Source: Octopus sinensis (taxonomy: Eukaryota). From it: a stretch of 37,665 nucleotides of DNA. The notes below the pieces were generated by a model. The model ran no database searches and was not told where the DNA came from. It worked only from the letters and a program-made list of their open reading frames with translations. Positions 21,712 through 31,869 of the stretch are shown one piece after another. The DNA is taken from contig NW_021835692.1 in assembly GCF_006345805.1 (NCBI RefSeq), positions 1 through 37,665 on the forward strand, given 5' to 3'. A program made the position numbers and the translations under genes. Numbering within the stretch: the stretch's first letter is position 1; every line of letters begins with the position of its first letter.

Positions 21712-22429
21712 ATGTTTGATGAGGAGATGATTCAGAGTCATACAACTGCTATGGCCATCCGATATACAGGAGGTGTTGTTGTGGCTGCAGACAGCCGAGT
21801 AACTCTGCCAAGCCCTTCAAAGAAATGTATACTAGTTTTTTACTCAATTTAGGCTTTGACACAGAAAAAAAATATTTCAGTTATCAATAAATTCTGTATT
21901 AACATACAGTGGATCAGTGAACGTCGCGAAAAATCTTGTAGAACAAATTAAAAAAGAGTACACGTAATTATTAATATTTTAAACATTTAGAGATGCATCG
22001 AGAGTGGATCACATCAGAATGGAAGAGCGAATTCACGAGTTTTTAAAACCTCTAAAAATGCGAAGCGAATATATTGTAAATTTAAGTTTTCTAAATGTTT
22101 AGCGAGTCATTTTTGTAAGTTGTGACGGCGCCATGAATTATATTTCAATAATCAACCATGAAAAAATGTCATACAAAAATATCTACGATTGGTTCAGGAT
22201 CTCGACCAGCAAATAATCATGCAAACAAAAAGTTTAAATATACAATAATTTTAGTTACCCGGGCGAACATTCCACAAAAGAAGATATAATTAAATTAGCA
22301 AATGGACCAATAAAACGCGCTGAAAAATCTGACAAAAAACGGGAGGACCAATATTTAGTTAATGTTATCTATAAGATATTAGTCGTCTCTCTTTCCATGA
22401 ACGGCATCATTTTTGAAAGTTATCGATGA
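21712..22429 (+). pseudogene. Divergent 20S proteasome beta-type subunit, full length (about 196 aa), five micro-introns, three frameshifts all in A-runs (pseudogene or assembly errors)
   Basis: MFDEEMIQSHTTAMAIRYTGGVVVAADSR...KIFQL...YSGS...STIGSGS...YPGEHSTKEDIIKLA...SDKKTGGPI. Introns 21827-21852, 21964-21990, 22076-22102, 22232-22254, 22358-22382. Frameshifts at A-runs 21865-21872, 22161-22166 and 22334-22339. Confidence 0.8.
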
Positions 22430-22555
22430 TCCAAGTTTAGTTTAATGCAAAAAATTATTTTAGGTGTTTAAATAAGCGTCGGCTATTTACTGATTGATAT
22501 AAATTAAATGAATCACATTAAGAAGATATATTCGTGGCTGCTGGACTAGAGAAAA

Positions 22556-22792
22556 ATGTGGAAAAGTAAGGTGGGTTTTGTGCGGACTCCTTATGGAGAC
22601 AGAGACTGTTTCGGTATTGGGAGGGGCATCCGACAAGGCTGTATTCTATCCCCGGTACTGTTTAATATTTACAGGGAGAAAGTCATGGAGGAGTTAAATT
22701 GCGAAAATGATATCGGAATCAAGATTGGTAGCCTCAACATAAATAATCTCCGTTATGCAGACGATACTACTCTGAAACAGAGGATGGCTTGA
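22556..22792 (+). mobile_element. RTE-clade (BovB-like) RT fragment
   Basis: GRGIRQGCILSPVLFNIY...GIKIGSLNINNLRYADDTTL. Confidence 0.85.
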
Positions 22793-23554
22793 GGCAATTA
22801 ATTACGAGAGTATTGATTGCCATACCTTATGCAGTGTTTGGGGACGGTTTTGCGGTAAGTGACGGAAAGATTGAGAGTGGCAAAAATCATTGATTGACAA
22901 CTTTTATGTAGATAAAAAGATTTAAAAAGAAAAATTAAAGTTTAAAAAAAGCTTAAAAGATTTAAAAAGAAAAATAATTCAATCTCTTCCTCATAAATAA
23001 AATTGTGTTACAAAGAATGAAAATTTTAATTAAAAATAGGATTAAATTCAATTTCAAAATAAGTAGAATATACAGATTGAAGAATAAACTTACAAATATT
23101 ACAAAATGATGAAATTTCAGATAATTAAATCATTAAAAGAAACTACATCGCAAAATATCCCTTCTGAATCCAATTAAATAAAAAATAAAGATCGACCAAA
23201 TAATGTAACAAAACAACAAAGTATGTCAACCACGTGTTTACACGGGCATAATTTATTAGGTTTTCTATTAATAATTGGATAACAAAAAATTAAGATAATT
23301 TATTAATGAAAACAAACATTATTTTAATTAAAACACAATTCTACCTAGTAGCTTATAAACAGTGTAAATATTAGAGCGCATATTTCTGCGATGCTCCAGA
23401 TAGCTGAAATAAGGATACAAACAAGTGCGATCAAGATTGTTGAGGTGTCAAAAGTCGTGTTTAGTTATCTACAAATTTTCATAACCAACTGTACTCTCAA
23501 AAATGACAGTGAATGCATTTCAGAGGTAAAAATCGATTTTTAAAGTATTTTATT

Positions 23555-23708
23555 AAACGGAAACAGCAGTGTTGTCAAAATCCTTGCAAACATGGTTGAT
23601 CCACGGCGAAGACGAAAACTCCAATACGCTCCTTGACTTGCCTGCCTTAAACGGACACAAGGAAGTAGTAAAATTTCTCATTGAGAATAACGCAGTCATC
23701 GAAGCCAG
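23555..23708 (+). pseudogene. Ankyrin-repeat gene remnant (about 1.5 repeats, frameshifted)
   Basis: NGNSSVVKIL then, after a frameshift, EDENSNTLLDLPALNGHKEVVKFLIENNAVIEAR, matching the ankyrin consensus with TPLH degenerated. Confidence 0.65.
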
Positions 23709-24386
23709 GTTACTTATTTGCATGAACACAGAAATTAATTTTTTAGTAATTGGGCTAAAATGCGAACAAAAAATAAAAAGTTGTTTTCAGCTGTAGGACC
23801 GAGTGGGCTTTAATTATGTTACAATAAAAGCGGTTTGCAGTGCACTTCAAGTCTATTGGGGTTTCAGCTTTAACAAGTTTACATCATTTAATAGACCTAC
23901 GTAACTCCAGAGCTTTTGGGCCGATCATTAATTAAGATTCAGAAATTATATAAATAGACTCTACCTTATTCGGATTCTTTGACCATTGAAGGAGAGAATG
24001 GAAAACTTAAGGAAAAAATAATCTTATGAATACCAAAATGCACTAAAAATACCCTTTCTTGCTATAAAATATTTCTTACTAACAAAACTTACATAACTTT
24101 TGACAAAACTGAGAGGCTAATATGAAAACAATGCCGTTTCTATGAAATCATTCGAAAATTTATATTGGAAACAGGCATTATCTATACGTGTCTGTTCTGC
24201 TTACTTCTTGATTCTCTAATTTAGAAAGCTGTTTGATTTGATCACTATTTCACTCAATATATTGCCTTCAGAATTTTAAACGAGTCCTCAGTGTCTCCCA
24301 CCTAATGAATTGCCTAAAACTCCACAAAATAAATCCCTTCATTCTTCCCTCTGAAATAATGTGTACTTTCAGACAAAATAAATTAA

Positions 24387-25058
24387 TCAGTGTGGAGTAT
24401 TTAGTTCATTAACCAAGACACTCCGATAGGCGTCAAACCCCTCAGAAATAATACTGACTTGGCCTCCATGCACATGCCACAAATCAGTGCACACGGAATT
24501 AAGCAAATGTCTCTCGTGGGAGACGAGGACAATCCCCCCTTATAAACCAATATTGCCTTTGCCAACGCGTCCACTGACTCCACATCCAAATGGTTTGTTG
24601 GCTCGTTCAAAACAATAAAATTTGGACTACAAATTATTATAAAACAAACTTCTTTAAACACAAAGCAGCAAAAACCACTCTGCTCTTCTGTCCTCCACTC
24701 AACGTATTAATTGACTTGAGATTGGACTTCCTCGATCCATTATCCCCCACCTACACCACTCACTACTCTCCGTACTATGCAGATTCGACTAGTCATGGAT
24801 ATTGACACTGAAAGGTACTCGAATATGGGTTTGTTAGGGTAGGAGAAACACACATTGTTGAATTCAACTACCGTCAGCTCAGAGAAGGAGACCACTGGGA
24901 ACTTGAAGACCACGGGACACTCCTTCTCGAGTGGGGACACAAATGACATTTTTTGTAACATTTTTATTTCGAATTAGAAGGAGGCACTGCTGTTGTCTCC
25001 AGAGACTTCCTGCTCGACATGCAGCATTGAGACATCATCAGAAAATTGTAAATTTCGT
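24387..25058 (-). pseudogene. ABCF3: ABCF-family ATPase (ABCF3/GCN20-like) remnant with large internal deletions and two micro-introns
   Basis: RNLQFSDDVSMLHVEQEV (first ABC domain) | FKFP...FNNVCFSYP...SRICI-VGDNGSRKS | NLK | SINTLSGGQKSRVVFA...NFIVLNEPTNHLD...GG(I)VLVSH...FDAYR. Introns 24751-24775 and 24627-24649; frameshift in C6 at 24534-24539. The symbol is the best-guess subfamily. Confidence 0.8.
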
Positions 25059-25189
25059 CTATAAATATATTTAGTTATTTATATTAATTTAAATATAAAT
25101 AAATTGTATTTAAAATATGTACCTGTGTGACAACGTTTATTTAATACATTGCAATGGCCTTCATTAGAGTAGTTTTTCCCACACTATTC

Positions 25190-28100
25190 CTCTCAACCAT
25201 ATCTCCTTCCCTGCAGAAACATGTCAATGTCCTTTTGTAAGCACATTGATCTCATTTCAACCAAGATCTTTCCAAAAAATTCCTTTCGTCTCAATCTGCT
25301 AGTGAGAACGAAGATGATTGGGAGGATTTGCGACAAACCCTCCAAAACATTTATCCCTGCCTCGTCAACATGTGCCTTTAAATGCAGAAGTTCTTGGTTA
25401 ATAAAATTTGAGAATATTTCTCCAAGGATTGGAGGGAATTGCGCACGGTACAAGCAACCAGACACGCAATGTTTCCGCTGCCAGCGTTTGGACATATCTC
25501 ACGGTTCTGTACAGAAAAAGTGAGATGTCTCATTTGTGAAGGACCCGTTCGGAATGCCCTCTGACTGGAAACTACCCTACCAAGTGCATAAACTGTGGAT
25601 CCTCAGCACACATGCCCAACTATGGAGGATGTCCCTTGTCAAGGAACTTCTTAAAAAGAGATTACCTCGGAAAACTACAGATCAGTCTACTAAACTGAAA
25701 TTTGATGCGTCTTCCGCAATGAAAATACAAGAAAAAAAGATCAAAACAGGAAAAGTGAAAGTACAAAATACCTGGAAAGGATGAATCTTTAGTAAAAGTA
25801 CAAAATTTGTGGACGCTGAGGTTCAGACTGACGATATCTCTGAATCCATGTTTAACACTTCGAAAACTGCGACACCCACTATATCTACGCAAAAACCAAA
25901 ATTAAAGTTGGAACAAGCCGTAAACACAACCGAACCCAAAAAGGAATGGCATCTTTGAAACTCGGGGACACTTCTAAATCAATCCCGGGACAACCACCAT
26001 GCAACATACTGGTGGCAGACGAAAAGACAAGTGCAATTGAACTTTTAAAAGCAAAACTGGAGGATCTCCATCTTAAATCGAAAACGACGACTAAAAAACG
26101 TTTAAAAATTTATTGGAACTGGTGACGCTCGTTATGGAGGACAGTCACCAAAACTTGAGGAGATGAGTGTTTTTACGCTTATCAACGCCCGGTCAATTCG
26201 GAAACGGGCTACGGAGCTAACCTACTTGGTTAGATCGGTAAACATGGACATATTGGTTGTTAATGAAACGAAGCTTAAGGGAAAGCAGCATCACAAAATC
26301 CATGGTTTTCAGTCAAACAAAATTTGTGCGAACTGATTACATTGAAACTACTAACATCCTTTGGATGGATATCTGTAGGAGTACTCCAAAGCAATGAAGA
26401 AATATCCAAATCTTATTGAAGATTTTTCAAAATAATGAAGGAGGAATTTTAATAGAGACCTTAACGCAGAACACACATCGTACGGATGTGCTAATACAAA
26501 TCGGACGGTCATATACTCTCTGATTATCGGAGAACTGCGGCTTTAGTGTTTTGACCTCACGAGAACCAAACCATTTTCTTGTTATGGAGAGGATGTATTG
26601 GAGTTTTCCTTGTATCGGCTGATCTTGTTCATCAATGCAGCATACCAAGAATTGAGATAAACATACAAATTGAAAAACTTGATAAAATTCTCAGAGAAGC
26701 TATACTGGACTTTCTCCGATAATCTTCAATCAGAAAATACATCATGTCAAATACTAACAGAAAACCCGGATAGACGAATCTTTGGGAAAACTTATAGAAT
26801 GGAAGGGAAACCTTGAAAAGAAGCTAAGACGATGCAGTGACCCCATAGATCGTATTCGGGATAAGATTCGTACCGTGAAAATAGAGATAAATGATGTCGC
26901 AAAAAAACATTCAGACCTTGCTTGGAAGAGTCAATGCTCGAAACTGAATAAGAAAAACCCTCATTTTGGAAGGTTTTCAACATACTAAGTAATATGGAGA
27001 ACAAAGGTGAAGAGAATCCGACTAAAAACAACTGAAGGAATAGCTATCCCGCTCAAAAAAGCCCTCACATTTGCGAAGTCAACTGGCAAAAGTTCAAGAG
27101 GTGGATCGATCGACATGGTTCCGAAAGAATTTATATGTGAGGCACAGAGAAGTCTGCGAGCTAACTTGAGTTATACGGGACCACTGTGCAGAGACATAAC
27201 GTTGGAACAAACGTATGTCGCTATTATGAGCTGCAAGAACAATGCACTCGGCCATGACTACATTCCAATTACTGTATTCAAACATGCTCCAATTATTCTC
27301 CTACGATACTTGACCGCACTATACAATGCAAGCTGGAGACTTGGATGCATACCGGACTTTTGGAAAAAGTCAATCGTACGTATGATTTCAAAGCCTGAAA
27401 AATGAAGGACCGTGCAGAGAACTATCGGTCAATAAGCCTAATATGCTCAGTCTCTAAAATTATGGAACAGATTGTCTTCACAAGACTTTCGATCTTCGTA
27501 GAGGAATCAGGTGCACTTGCAGCGGAACAGTGGGGATTCCGACGAAAAAGATCCTGTGGAGATTGTTTCGGAGAACTCCATCTTGCTTAGTCTTGCAAAC
27601 AATATAGCGACTATTGCTACCTGCCTCGATGTCTAAAAATCTTTTGACAGCGTATGGCACCTTGGCCTCTTGAAAAGTGTCGCCAAAATCAAACCCGGCT
27701 CTAGAACGGTCAATTGGCTGAAGAGCTATTTATCAATGAAGAGGTCATACATATACGATGCGGAAACCGTTTGTCGGAATCTGTCGATTTTAAAAGAGGG
27801 GTACCTCAAGGCTCGGTCTTGAGCCCTCTGCTTTTTAATATTTATGTTGCTGATATTCCAAAACCGAAAGATCCTACCAGTCGTCTCATGATCTACGCGG
27901 ACGACATACTAATAACGGATCCTTCGTGGAAAAAAGACATCTTGTCGAGGAAATTAAAAGGATACGTGACAAGAGTGGAAGAGTGGTGCATATCAATAGG
28001 ACTGACACTCGCAAAAGAAAAGTGCACCGGCATTTGGATTGCAAAACAGGGAGCTAAACGAAAACCATCGAGAAACCTCTATGGGTTTACAGTAACGGAG

Positions 28101-28540
28101 AACCTGAAATGCCTTGGGGTTGAAGTTGGTTCAAAGGGTTCTTACTTCAGATACATCGACTCAAGGAGATGGAAATGCGCTCAAATTCTCAGGAGCATAA
28201 TTCACTTCTACTTTTGTCCGGAAACGTTTTTATATGTTTATAAAACGTGCGTCAAACTATTGCTTACCTACGGGTTAGAGAAATGGCATTATCGCTAAGC
28301 TCGAAAAGACGAGACGATATGCCATCAAATTGGTAAATGGACTCCAGCTGGACCAACTTATCCCTCAAGAGATGGAAAACGTGACAGTAACAGTTGGAAG
28401 TGTTTTTGAGAAAGCCTTTTCCTCTCGAATCTCTAATTAAAAAAAAGAGGGAAACAACGGAGAAGAGGCATACGTTGTCTCATTAACTTTCTCTCTCTTT
28501 TTTCGGCTTTTCCGTTTTAATAAAAAAATTCATTCATTCA
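25190..28540 (+). mobile_element. Near full-length degraded Jockey/I-group LINE (copy 2): gag-like ORF1 with three CCHC knuckles, APE, RT, 3' stem-loop, (ATTC)3 tail
   Basis: QCFRCQR(F)GHISRFC...RCLICEG...KCINCGSSAH...GCP (about 25465-25640, frameshifted); INARSI...DILVVNETKL at about 26180; GDLNA; LGHDYIP...WKKSIV; RT colinear with 5660-6705. Confidence 0.9.
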
Positions 28541-28571
28541 ATGTTTTCTTGAGATACGTCGTTGTACTAGA

Positions 28572-29228
28572 CAGGGGTTCTCAACCTTTTTAGCTCATGG
28601 GCCAAATCGATAATTAAGAATATCTTTGCGGGCCGCACAAAAAATATTTTATGTTATTAATGAAAAGAAGGCTTTAGTAAGTAATAAAAATCAATGCGAG
28701 ACTTGATTCTGTTTGGCGTCTATTATTTTGTCGAAACAGAGAGTAAAAGTCGAACACGATGTTCGTAAAAGTTGATTTAGGTGTCCATCAGTCAATCGAT
28801 TTCGATACTTTGTTTTTATTTGCGTTAGTTTGCTGAAAAAAGCTTCACATGTACACGTTGATTCGAAGACTGATGCATTTTTTTGAGCATTATCGACCAA
28901 GTTCGGATATTTCCACTGCGGAATTCGACCCCAAAAATCCAATTGTTCACTTGACTTAAATCGCGCTGTAAGTTGTAAATCTGCCTGCATTTCAATTAGT
29001 TCCAGTTGATATATGTATTTTTCCTCCCTTCAAAAACGAAAAATTTTTCCTCCCATTCGGGGTTAAATGCACGATTTTCATGAATAATTTTTCTACTTCG
29101 TTTAACACGTTTATCAGACATCACAAACAATATTATTTAAATATTAATGTACAAAATATTTAATATAAAAACAAAAAATATTTAATATTTTTTTATAATT
29201 TTAATCGGGCCGCGGTTAAGAACCGCTG
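28572..29228 (-). mobile_element. Internally deleted non-autonomous hAT (SPIN/Buster-type) with both TIRs and an 8-bp TSD
   Basis: TIRs CAGGGGTTCTCAACC (from 28572) and reverse-complement CAGCGGTTCTTAACC (ending 29228); TACTAGAC at 28565-28572 and 29229-29236 (left copy shares its last C with the TIR). N-terminal RAFNPEWEEKFF is fused to C-terminal QLELIEMQAD...FESTCTCEAFFS...QNQVSH. Confidence 0.9.
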
Positions 29229-29279
29229 TACTAGACTTTCTATTAACAAAAAATTTTTATTCTTCGCTATATTTCTGAC

Positions 29280-30360
29280 AACCCGTCAATGTCTGGTTCC
29301 CTAAAGAGCAATTTTATCCGATTCAATAATCATTTCAAAGTCTCTAAAAATGAAAAATCCATTACTGATTTTAACGACATGGTCAATTTGAAAATTCAAC
29401 AATATGGATCGGATAACGTCTATAATGCTGATGAAACCAGTGTTTTTAAAAGGCAATTTCTTCTAAAAGTGTATGTACAAAATCAAGGCCTGGAATAAAG
29501 TTGTAGAAGGATCGATTTTCATTATTAATATGTGCAAAATGTTCCGGAAAAGATAAAAGAATGCCATTGATGATAGGAAGATTTAAAAATCCTAGATGCT
29601 TCAACAATTTTAACTTTGGAAATTATGTTACGTACACATATTCGAACAAAGCATAGATGAACACTGAAATTTTATATTAAATGACTGACTGATTTTAAAT
29701 TTGAGCTGGCTAAGAAAAAAGAAAAATTTTACTTGTGACTGACCAATCTCATCAAATCATAGTCACTTTGAAGTTTATAGAAATTCTTTTTTTCCTCAAA
29801 GAACATTTTCATTGTTGCAACCAATGGATCAGGGAATAATAAAATGTTTAAAGTTGAGTTAACAGATTTGAAAATAAACAAAATAATAAAGAAAGATTGA
29901 AGCAGGAGAAAAACTTCAGAATGCAATTCATAAATCTCTCTTAAATCTGCTGCGCAATTTACTTTCTTTGCTTGAAATAACTTGACTCCCACAACCATTA
30001 TAAATTGCTTTCGGAATGCACAATTGATGAAGAAATAGATACATAACTTACAAAGATTATGAGAATAATTATGAAGATTAATTAAAAAATGTGAAATCAA
30101 TGATGCAATTTTTTATGATGGATTTCTTGAATATTGCTCTATTGAAAATGAAGAACTAGTTGAATTTTTGAAAGGGCAATCTCGAGAAGATCAAAAACCT
30201 CAACCAGTACTTGATTTTATTTAATGACTAAAATTAGGAAACAAGTGATGAAGAGGATTATGTTAAAAAAAAGTTGAGCTATTGGAAGCATTTAGAGCAC
30301 TAGAGACCATTAAAACTTACATTTCTCAAATCAAAAATTCAAATGATGATCACGAAAATA
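29280..30360 (+). mobile_element. Tigger/pogo transposase DDE-domain remnant
   Basis: NVYNADETSVF, KDR, PLMIGRFKNPRCF, KILLVTDQSH and PMDQGIIKC motifs in order, with stops and frameshifts. Confidence 0.8.
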
Positions 30361-30392
30361 TTAATTATCTGCTCATTACACACAAATGAGGA

Positions 30393-30640
30393 CTATTCCC
30401 AGGATGACCACCACCAACAGAAGACCCACAGTACATTATGCATTGTGAGTAATTGAGATGAGTTGGGGTCATATACCACAGCACCCGCAAAACCAGCACG
30501 TAGTACATTGATTATCTGAAATAGTATATTGGAGTGACCTTGTCCATGTATGTGCAGCCATATCGTTTGATTATTGCAATATCTTATTACTTTTGTTGAT
30601 TTTCAATAGAGAAAACACGCGGTCGTTAAACACCCCGTTT
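30393..30640 (-). pseudogene. PA (protease-associated) domain gene remnant, RNF13/RNF167-like, with a 23-nt intron at 30516-30538
   Basis: Removing GTCACTCCAATATACTATTTCAG joins IAIIKRYGCTYMDK and IINVLRAGFAGAVVYDPNSSQLLTM, matching the PA pattern IALIxRGxCxFxxKxxNAQxAGAxAVIVY. Confidence 0.6.
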
Positions 30641-31554
30641 ATGAACCCCACAACTGTGGATTGTTGTCCTTTCAATATAAGGCTGTTATTGGAAATGATT
30701 TAAAAGATTGTTCATGGCAATGTTGTCCTATTGCTATTAGTTTTTAGTGGTTTTAGATTTGTGGAATCAATGAAACGGTAACTTAAGTGAGGTCTGAAGT
30801 AGTGATTGGCGTCTAGAATTCCATAAGCAGCAATATCAAGACGGAAATTAGTAATCGTAGGTTTACTAAATATACGGAATTTTAGCGAGATTTTGTTTTT
30901 GATGATTGACGTGATTGCAATCCTCTTAAAAGGTTACTCTGCTGAGTGGCGAACAAAATCAAGAAAGCATTATTAGAAAAAATTATTTTCTATCATGAAT
31001 TGACAGAAGTATCAAATTAATGGACGGTGTGTACGAATTGCAGAACTCTTTTCAACCTCTTGTTTTTAATTTTCTTAAAAGAGGTTTCAGTTACTTTCAA
31101 AATTTAATTTCATAAAATCTCCTCTATTTTTAAAAATCCGTGAAACTTGAGAATGAGAACAGTTGAATCTTGCAGATGGAGCTTCCTGTATATGGCAAAT
31201 TGGACACAAACTTCCCTTAGCCCCTTGCAGTTGATGAATTAAGAGTGAAGATATGGGCATGCAAATCTGAAATTGTCCAAGATAAATGCGACGAAATAAC
31301 TTAAGGAAGAAATGAATGTTTTTATGAGTCTCTCCAGAGCATCAAGTTTACAAGATAAAAAGCTGATAGATATATCATAATTTGGGGCGTAGCTGAACTG
31401 ATCGATAGGTTATTGAATACTCTTTTAGCCACCTAACCTAGCTAGCATTTAATTTTTTCCTAAAAAACTAGGTATTATTCCATTGTCTGCCAGGCTTACT
31501 TAGTCTTTAAATGTAAATATAATTTTGATAAAAATAATTTTGATACATACAAAT

Positions 31555-31560
31555 AAAAAA
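31555..31560 (-). terminator. RNA polymerase III terminator (T6) directly after the tRNA-His gene
   Basis: Six Ts on the minus strand immediately 3' of the discriminator base. Confidence 0.85.
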
Positions 31561-31632
31561 TGCCTACGCCGGGAGTCGAACCCGGATCCCCTCGGCCACA
31601 ACGAGGAATTCTAACCGCTAAACTACGTAGGC
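31561..31632 (-). tRNA. tRNA-His-GTG: tRNA-His (GUG), intronless, A73 discriminator
   Basis: GCCTACGTAGTTTAGCGGTTAGAATTCCTCGTTGTGGCCGAGGGGATCCGGGTTCGACTCCCGGCGTAGGCA: 7-bp acceptor GCCTACG/CGTAGGC, anticodon stem CCTCG/CGAGG with GTG, T-arm CCGGG-TTCGACT-CCCGG. Confidence 0.97.
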
Positions 31633-31869
31633 CTTTTAATTAATGCCTTCGTCGATATAATAAAATCAAAAATTGAAGTACTTGTTTAGATCATTTCAAG
31701 TCAGAGTACCGACAATTTTCTGAGTAATTGCAATCTTGTAAATAATGGAAGTGATACATTACTGAAACTTTTTAATTGTCGAATTAATTTTATGTAAATG
31801 TATGGACTATGACTTAATTATGTAAATTCTATTTCAAATTATCTAATTAAGAATCCAGCAGTTCTTGGG

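Noticed and set aside
31160-31350. Possible transposase motif (ADGASCIW)
   Set aside because: No second supporting motif in frame.
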